This document shows, piece after piece, positions 59,007 to 64,000 of a stretch of DNA of 64,000 nt. This DNA is from Candidatus Algichlamydia australiensis (lineage in GTDB: Bacteria; Chlamydiota; Chlamydiia; Chlamydiales; JAJFMI01). The notes under the pieces were generated by a model, which had not been told where the DNA came from, did not search any database, and saw nothing but the letters and a program-made list of their open reading frames with translations. The translations under genes and the position numbers were made by a program. Each line of letters opens with the position of its first letter. The stretch's first letter is position 1. Where the stretch lies: the NCBI GenBank assembly GCA_033977065.1, contig JAXCHI010000003.1:96001-160000 (forward strand). The letters are read 5' to 3'.

Positions 59007-59537
59007 ATGAATAAAATAAGTACTGCACTTTCCTATGTTCCGTTTTGGGGATGGAATCCAGCTAAATCTGGAGCAAGACTTATTTTACCTGGACATATCA
59101 ACCGCTTAGATACTTGCGGAAGTACTCTTCTTAGCCCCGACTACCTGCCTCTCTATCTCGGAACTGCCGCGTTGATTCAAACTTTTGTTGCAATTCCTTT
59201 TCTTGTTGCTCACGATCAAATTGAAAAGTTGGATAAGGATGTTTCAAGGGAATTACAGAAAAGTACAAAGATTCTTATCCCTTCGCCTCTATCCACTGCT
59301 GGAAAATGTGTTGCTGCAACTTCATTTGGCGTTTATGTTCTTGCTCATGTGCTCTTCTACCCCGGAAAAGCTAGAGGAATAATTGCTTTCCTCTCTCGCT
59401 TTAGTTTGGCTTTGGGGTTAGAACTTGCTTCTGTGGGTAGTTCAAAAAAAGATAAGCTGATTGGGATTAGCTGCACATCGTCTCTCTTCGTTGCGTGCGA
59501 AATTTGGATGCGCGTTTTTAAGAAAGATCTTACTTAA
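59007..59537 (+). CDS. Hypothetical multi-TM protein
   Basis: 176 aa with 3-4 hydrophobic segments; AT-rich upstream region. Confidence 0.6.
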   Translation: MNKISTALSYVPFWGWNPAKSGARLILPGHINRLDTCGSTLLSPDYLPLYLGTAALIQTFVAIPFLVAHDQIEKLDKDVSRELQKSTKILIPSPLSTAGKCVAATSFGVYVLAHVLFYPGKARGIIAFLSRFSLALGLELASVGSSKKDKLIGISCTSSLFVACEIWMRVFKKDLT

Positions 59538-59880
59538 TAATCGTGAGGCCTTTGTGTTTCTTTTTTCCCGCAGGCGGAGCTGTTGGTGCTGTCCCACGAC
59601 TCTCCGTTAAGACTTGTTCAATTGCTTCATCTGGTGTAAGGCCTGTACTCGAAAGCTCCATCGCTTTGGCACGCTGCTCATTTGTAAATTGTCCGCAAAA
59701 GATTTGTTGGTGAGTAGCACTAAGAAGAGAAGCAAAGGCCTTTTGGTTCTCTGGAAGATATTCACACGCTGCAGATGTTCCTGGGCCCGATGGCTGATCC
59801 CCTTTTTTCAAAGGACAATCTGCTAGCAATGCACTTACTAAACTGACTAGTAATAAAATATTTCTCATAAAACTTCTCAA
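59530..59880 (-). CDS. Small secreted hypothetical protein
   Basis: Signal peptide ..LVSALLA-D; FASLLS..HQQIFCGQF..EQRAKAM..TPDEA. Confidence 0.7.
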   Translation of the reverse strand: MRSFMRNILLLVSLVSALLADCPLKKGDQPSGPGTSAACEYLPENQKAFASLLSATHQQIFCGQFTNEQRAKAMELSSTGLTPDEAIEQVLTESRGTAPTAPPAGKKKHKGLTIIK

Positions 59881-59949
59881 TATCTTTCCCCTGATATAGC
59901 ATACAAATAGAGAGTGAACAATAGCTCTTTTTTGAAAAAATTTGGCCTT

Positions 59950-60450
59950 ATGTCGAGACCGTACGAGTGCAACAGTTGCAAAAAACCTATTAGTGTTTTC
60001 TATAAAGAGATTACGGGAGAAAGCATTACACAGACAGAGATGTGTAAAGAGTGCCCCATTTTAGAGAAGAAGTTAAATCATGAAGCGTCGGCTGTTGCGC
60101 ACACGCAAGATCTCACTTGCCACTGCTGCCACACAAAATTTTCTGATGTGCGCATGGGCAGTGAGTTAGGATGTCCTGATTGCTACAACGCGTTTGAAGA
60201 TCTGCTTGCAGAAGAGTTGAAGGCGCGAGATCTTTTGCCTGCATCAGTTTGTGGAGCTCTGCAAACACGACCTAAAGCGCAGCTACACCAAGGGAAATGC
60301 CCTGAGAGATCAGAAGAGACGCCTCTACCCCAAAAACTGCAGGAGATGAATCAGGCGCTCAATCGCGCGATTGGGGAAGAAAAGTTTGAAGAGGCAGCTT
60401 TCTTAAGAGATCAGATCAAAAGTTTGATGGAGAAACAAAATGGAGAGTAA
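59950..60450 (+). CDS. mcsA: McsA-like Zn/UVR-domain protein
   Basis: CxxC motifs; GCPDCY; EKFEEAAFLRDQI. Confidence 0.88.
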   Translation: MSRPYECNSCKKPISVFYKEITGESITQTEMCKECPILEKKLNHEASAVAHTQDLTCHCCHTKFSDVRMGSELGCPDCYNAFEDLLAEELKARDLLPASVCGALQTRPKAQLHQGKCPERSEETPLPQKLQEMNQALNRAIGEEKFEEAAFLRDQIKSLMEKQNGE

Positions 60451-61465
60451 ACTTCCCAATTTTTTTCTGGAAAACACGCCCTGGCAAAACGCGGAAAATT
60501 CTATTTGGCTCTCTACTCTTTTAACGCTGCGCCGTAATATTATTGGCTATCCTTTTTCAAAAAAATGCACTGCTTCTCAAAAGGCGCAATTAGAAGATGT
60601 TTTGGTCCCTTCTCTTTTGCAACTTCCTGAATTTGAAAATGGAAGAAAATGGTTGTTTAGTGCACTATCTCCTTTAGAAAAAGAGCTATTATTTGAACAA
60701 AAAGTATACCCAAGCAGTCCCAAGGATTCTGAAGAGAGTACGCTTGTTTTTGGAAGTAATGCACACGCTCTTTTGCACCATTTTGACCACCTCACTCTTT
60801 GCTTGAGAAGCAAAAGCTTTCATGAACTTGGACAGAGTTTGCAACGTGTTGAGGAAGCTTTTGAAAAGAGTTTGCCTTTCGCCTTTCATCCGCGCTTTGG
60901 CTATCTCACTGCAAAAATGCACGAATGTGGAAGCGGGCTCAAGATTAAGACTTTTATGCACTTGCCCGCTATGATCCACTTAAAAGAGGAGCTGCCTTCC
61001 CATCTTCACCTGTCAAATTTTACGGGGAGTAAAGAGGGCTTTCCTGGTGATGTGGTCGTAGTAAGCAACCATTTTACTCTAGGGCTTACGGAAGAGGAGA
61101 TACTCAAGGAGCTTTTTACAACATGTACTCACCTTAAAACAAAAGAGGAGCAGCTAAGAGAGAATTTAAATGGAGCACAAGAGTCGCATATCAAGGATCT
61201 TGTTACTCGAAGTATCGGGCTCTTAAAACACTCTTATGAATTGCACATTGAAGAGACTTTAGAAGCGTTGAGTCACGTAAAATTGGGACTGGGAATGAAG
61301 TGGATTTCAGGCATTGAAGAGAGTGTTGTCAACGATCTGCTCTTCCGCTGTCAAAAAGCGCATCTCTCTCTTACTCTTTCAATAGGTACAAATATGAGCG
61401 AGCTAACGCAAAAACGCGCTGCCTATCTCCATGAAAAAATGCACTCTGTAGAGTCAAGAATATGA
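60440..61465 (+). CDS. mcsB: McsB-like ATP:guanido phosphotransferase, divergent
   Basis: LRRNIIGYPF; FAFHPRFGYLT; HLPA; SNHFTLG; follows mcsA. Confidence 0.82.
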   Translation: MESKLPNFFLENTPWQNAENSIWLSTLLTLRRNIIGYPFSKKCTASQKAQLEDVLVPSLLQLPEFENGRKWLFSALSPLEKELLFEQKVYPSSPKDSEESTLVFGSNAHALLHHFDHLTLCLRSKSFHELGQSLQRVEEAFEKSLPFAFHPRFGYLTAKMHECGSGLKIKTFMHLPAMIHLKEELPSHLHLSNFTGSKEGFPGDVVVVSNHFTLGLTEEEILKELFTTCTHLKTKEEQLRENLNGAQESHIKDLVTRSIGLLKHSYELHIEETLEALSHVKLGLGMKWISGIEESVVNDLLFRCQKAHLSLTLSIGTNMSELTQKRAAYLHEKMHSVESRI

Positions 61466-62802
61466 AAAAAATTGCTGCAATTATTTTAATGGGCGGTGCG
61501 GGCAAGCGTTTTGGCTCAAGTATACCTAAACAGTTTCAACGTCTCTCTGGAAAGCCTCTCTATCTCCATACTTTAGAGAAATTTCTCTCTATAAATCTTT
61601 TCTCGGAAATTATTCTTGTCTGCCACCCCAATTGGATAGAAAAAGTGATCGCTCCAGAAGGAGTGCGGGTAGTTTCTGGCGGTAAAACCCGCCAAGAATC
61701 CTCCTTTTTAGGAGTTAGTGCAACCAAAAACACCATTGAAGCTGTTGTGATTCATGATGCGGTACGACCGCTCATTTCTGAAGAGATTTTACAAGAAAAT
61801 GTAACAGCTCTGCAGAAGTATGAGGCTGTGGATACTTGCATTCCCTCTACTGACACAATTGTCCATGCAAAAGGAGAGCAAATTGTTGCCATTCCTAAAC
61901 GTTCTGAATATTTGCGCGGACAGACACCCCAAAGTTTTTCAAAAAAACTTTTTTTAGAGGCGCATAAAAAGGCGCAGCGTGTGGGAATGGTAAATGCAAG
62001 CGATGACTGCCAGCTCATACTGCGATTGGGCAAAGCGGTACACGTGGTAGAGGGTGCGGAAGAAAATATTAAAATCACAACTCCCCTCGATCTCTATGTT
62101 GGTGAACAGCTGATGCGTCAGGCAATTCCATCTACAAGCTCTAAAGAGAGTCTTTCTGGAAAGCGCTTTGTGATTGCAGGTGGTAGTGGCGGTATTGGGA
62201 AAGAGATTTGTAAAAAATTAGAGCGGCTGGGTGCAATTGTGATTCCTCTTGCTCGCTCTACAACCCCCTTTTCAGCTGATCTAAGAAGATTTGAAGAGTG
62301 CCGCAAGGTCTTTACTCAAATTGGCGAGATTGATGGTCTAGTGCACGCTGTAGGCAATCTGCTAGTAAAACCTTTTGTTGAGTTTGATGAGACTGAAATT
62401 GAAGAGTTGTTAAAGGTCAATTTCAAAAGTATTCTCTACTGTGCGCGCTTTGCTCAAATCAAGAGCGGTGGAGACTTTTTGACCATTGCATCCTCCTCCT
62501 ATTACCGAGGACGAAAGGGTTACGGTATTTACTCTGCAGCAAAGGCTGCAGCTGTTAACTTCACGCAGAGTTTTGCAGAAGAGCGGCCCGATCTCAATGT
62601 CAATATTTGCCTTCCTTCCCGTACAAATACAGAGCTTCGAAGAAAAAACTTTCCCGATGAGAACGTAGAAGAGTTACTAGAACCACGCTTTGTCGCAGAA
62701 GAAGTGGTAAAAATATTAAAAAGAAAAGGTTCCATGGGAACATGGAACCTAAGCGGGACCCTGAATAACTCATGTACCGATTTCTCGGCTGAGAAATGCT
62801 AA
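61462..62802 (+). CDS. Bifunctional IspD/TarI-type cytidylyltransferase fused to an SDR reductase (Bcs1/Acs1-like)
   Basis: GGAGKRFG..PKQF; IHDAVRP; GQTPQ; NIKITT, then GGSGGIG and YSAAKAA. Confidence 0.85.
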   Translation: MKKIAAIILMGGAGKRFGSSIPKQFQRLSGKPLYLHTLEKFLSINLFSEIILVCHPNWIEKVIAPEGVRVVSGGKTRQESSFLGVSATKNTIEAVVIHDAVRPLISEEILQENVTALQKYEAVDTCIPSTDTIVHAKGEQIVAIPKRSEYLRGQTPQSFSKKLFLEAHKKAQRVGMVNASDDCQLILRLGKAVHVVEGAEENIKITTPLDLYVGEQLMRQAIPSTSSKESLSGKRFVIAGGSGGIGKEICKKLERLGAIVIPLARSTTPFSADLRRFEECRKVFTQIGEIDGLVHAVGNLLVKPFVEFDETEIEELLKVNFKSILYCARFAQIKSGGDFLTIASSSYYRGRKGYGIYSAAKAAAVNFTQSFAEERPDLNVNICLPSRTNTELRRKNFPDENVEELLEPRFVAEEVVKILKRKGSMGTWNLSGTLNNSCTDFSAEKC

Positions 62803-62908
62803 AAAAGATCATTTTCGACCTCCAATAACTGTTCACAGTTATTTACAGCCTCCAAATGAGCTTTTTTAGCATTTTCAACCCGAGCCATCAGCACAGCAGC
62901 TATCCAGG
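62760..62908. repeat. ~150-bp palindromic element overlapping the 3-prime end of the IspD-SDR gene
   Basis: CCTGAATA..CTCGG..ATGCTAAAAAAG / CTTTTTTAGCAT..CCGAG..TATCCAGG; centre AATAACTGT-tc-ACAGTTATT. Confidence 0.75.
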
Positions 62909-62921
62909 CTCTCCTCAAGTA

Positions 62922-62994
62922 TGAGGCTTGATGGGCTCGAACCATCGACCCTCTCCTTAAAAGGGAGATGCTCTACCAACTGAGCTAAAGCCTC
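62922..62994 (-). tRNA. tRNA-Lys (TTT)
   Basis: GAGGCTTTAGCTCAGTTGGTAGAGCATCTCCCTTTTAAGGAGA...GGTTCGAGCCC. Confidence 0.97.
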
Positions 62995-63000
62995 AAAAGC

Positions 63001-63075
63001 TGACCCCAAGGGGATTCGAACCCCTGTTATCAGGATGAAAACCTGGTGTCCTAGGCCTGGCTAGACGATGGGGCC
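63001..63075 (-). tRNA. tRNA-Glu (TTC)
   Basis: GGCCCCATCGTCTAGCC...GGTTTTCATCC...GGTTCGAATCCCCTTGGGGTCA. Confidence 0.97.
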
Positions 63076-63148
63076 ATAAGTAGAGAGCATTATCTAACGC
63101 TCTCATACGTAGGATGCAACTCAGTATAGCGCACCCTAGCATTTTTGA

Positions 63149-63691
63149 TCAAACAACCAGAATATCTTTTTCTTTGGACTTTACCAATTCGTCTGCTTCT
63201 TTGCAGCATTTATCAGTAAGTTCTTGAATTTTCTTCTCTAGTCGCTTCTGATCATCTTCGGAAATGTCGCCACTGCTCTTCTGCTTACGCACAAGATCAT
63301 TCCCGTCACGGCGAATATTTCGAATGGAAACTTTTGCTTTTTCACCCTTCTCTTTTGCTTGCTTCGCCATATCTTTGCGCACCTCTTCACTCATTGGAGG
63401 AATGGGAACGCGTACAATATTGCCCTCTAAAATGGGTTGCAAACCGAGGGAGGATTTTTCAATCGCCTTCGAGATAGGTCCCGCTGTTTGCGCATCATAT
63501 GCTGTGACAACAAGCTGTCTATCGGCAACCGCAACAGATCCCAAATCGCGGATCTTCATGTTAGATCCATACACTTCGACAACTATTGAATCGAGCATAC
63601 CCGGATTCGGGCGATTGGTGCGCAAGTTGCGCAAATCTTCCTGAAGATGCCCGAGGGCATCTTCCATCTTTTTTTGAATCTCTTTTTCCAT
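63149..63691 (-). CDS. frr: Ribosome recycling factor
   Basis: LRTNRPNP; VYG; IPPMSEEVR; SIRNIRRD. Confidence 0.96.
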   Translation of the reverse strand: MEKEIQKKMEDALGHLQEDLRNLRTNRPNPGMLDSIVVEVYGSNMKIRDLGSVAVADRQLVVTAYDAQTAGPISKAIEKSSLGLQPILEGNIVRVPIPPMSEEVRKDMAKQAKEKGEKAKVSIRNIRRDGNDLVRKQKSSGDISEDDQKRLEKKIQELTDKCCKEADELVKSKEKDILVV

Positions 63692-63696
63692 GGCTA

Positions 63697-64000
63697 TTAC
63701 ATCCCCAACTGCCAGCGCAAGAATGAGGTAAGCTCTAAAGTCTTTCCTTTTTTCTTCGCTTCAGCTGCCACAAATTTCTCCACACTCTGTGAAGGGTCTT
63801 TGATGTACTTCTGGTTAACAAGACACATTGCATCGATTGTAGAGCGGATTTTACCCTGCACAATCTTTTCTGCAATTTCTGGTGGCTTGTTGCCAGGAAC
63901 CTGGCTCATGGCAATCTCTTTTTCCTTCTCAATAACTTCGGCAGGTACAGCTGCATGATTGAGGTATTCAGGAGATTCAGCCGCAATGTGCATCGCAATT
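63697..64000 (-). CDS. tsf: Elongation factor Ts, C-terminal part (cut by window edge)
   Basis: AMHIAAESP; KEKEI; KPPEIAEKIVQGK; FLRWQLG. Confidence 0.93.
   Translation of the reverse strand, partial: IAMHIAAESPEYLNHAAVPAEVIEKEKEIAMSQVPGNKPPEIAEKIVQGKIRSTIDAMCLVNQKYIKDPSQSVEKFVAAEAKKKGKTLELTSFLRWQLGM

Overview
A 64-kb chromosomal window from an environmental Chlamydiae-type bacterium. This is inferred from the gene orders tsp/rpsL-rpsG-fusA-rpsJ without tuf, rodA-birA/nifU-nifS-gpmA-rluB, DUF47-pit, sctJ-(K)-L-R-S-T and mcsA-mcsB/tRNAs/frr-tsf, and from five MOMP-like beta-barrel genes. The core content is translation genes, SUF Fe-S genes, T3SS genes, glycogen phosphorylase, kdsB/rml/fcl-gmd glycan genes and three tRNAs. 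Five things stand out. (1) Fcl and Gmd, normally cytosolic GDP-fucose enzymes, both start with Sec-type signal peptides and are followed by a lipoprotein with a kinase-like fold and a GT9. (2) An AT-rich two-gene insertion encodes proteins that both start with mitochondrial-presequence-like N-termini. (3) An 84-aa orphan after rpsJ ends in the CaaX motif CVIM. (4) A 1.3-kaa protein carries a Cys/Met-type PLP domain and internal repeats. (5) There is a family of TA-targeting miniature elements and ~150-bp palindromes; one interrupts a gene whose reading frame is restored by excision, and a composite stack has its empty site preserved in a tandem duplicate. All functional calls come from motif recognition by eye; no searches were run.
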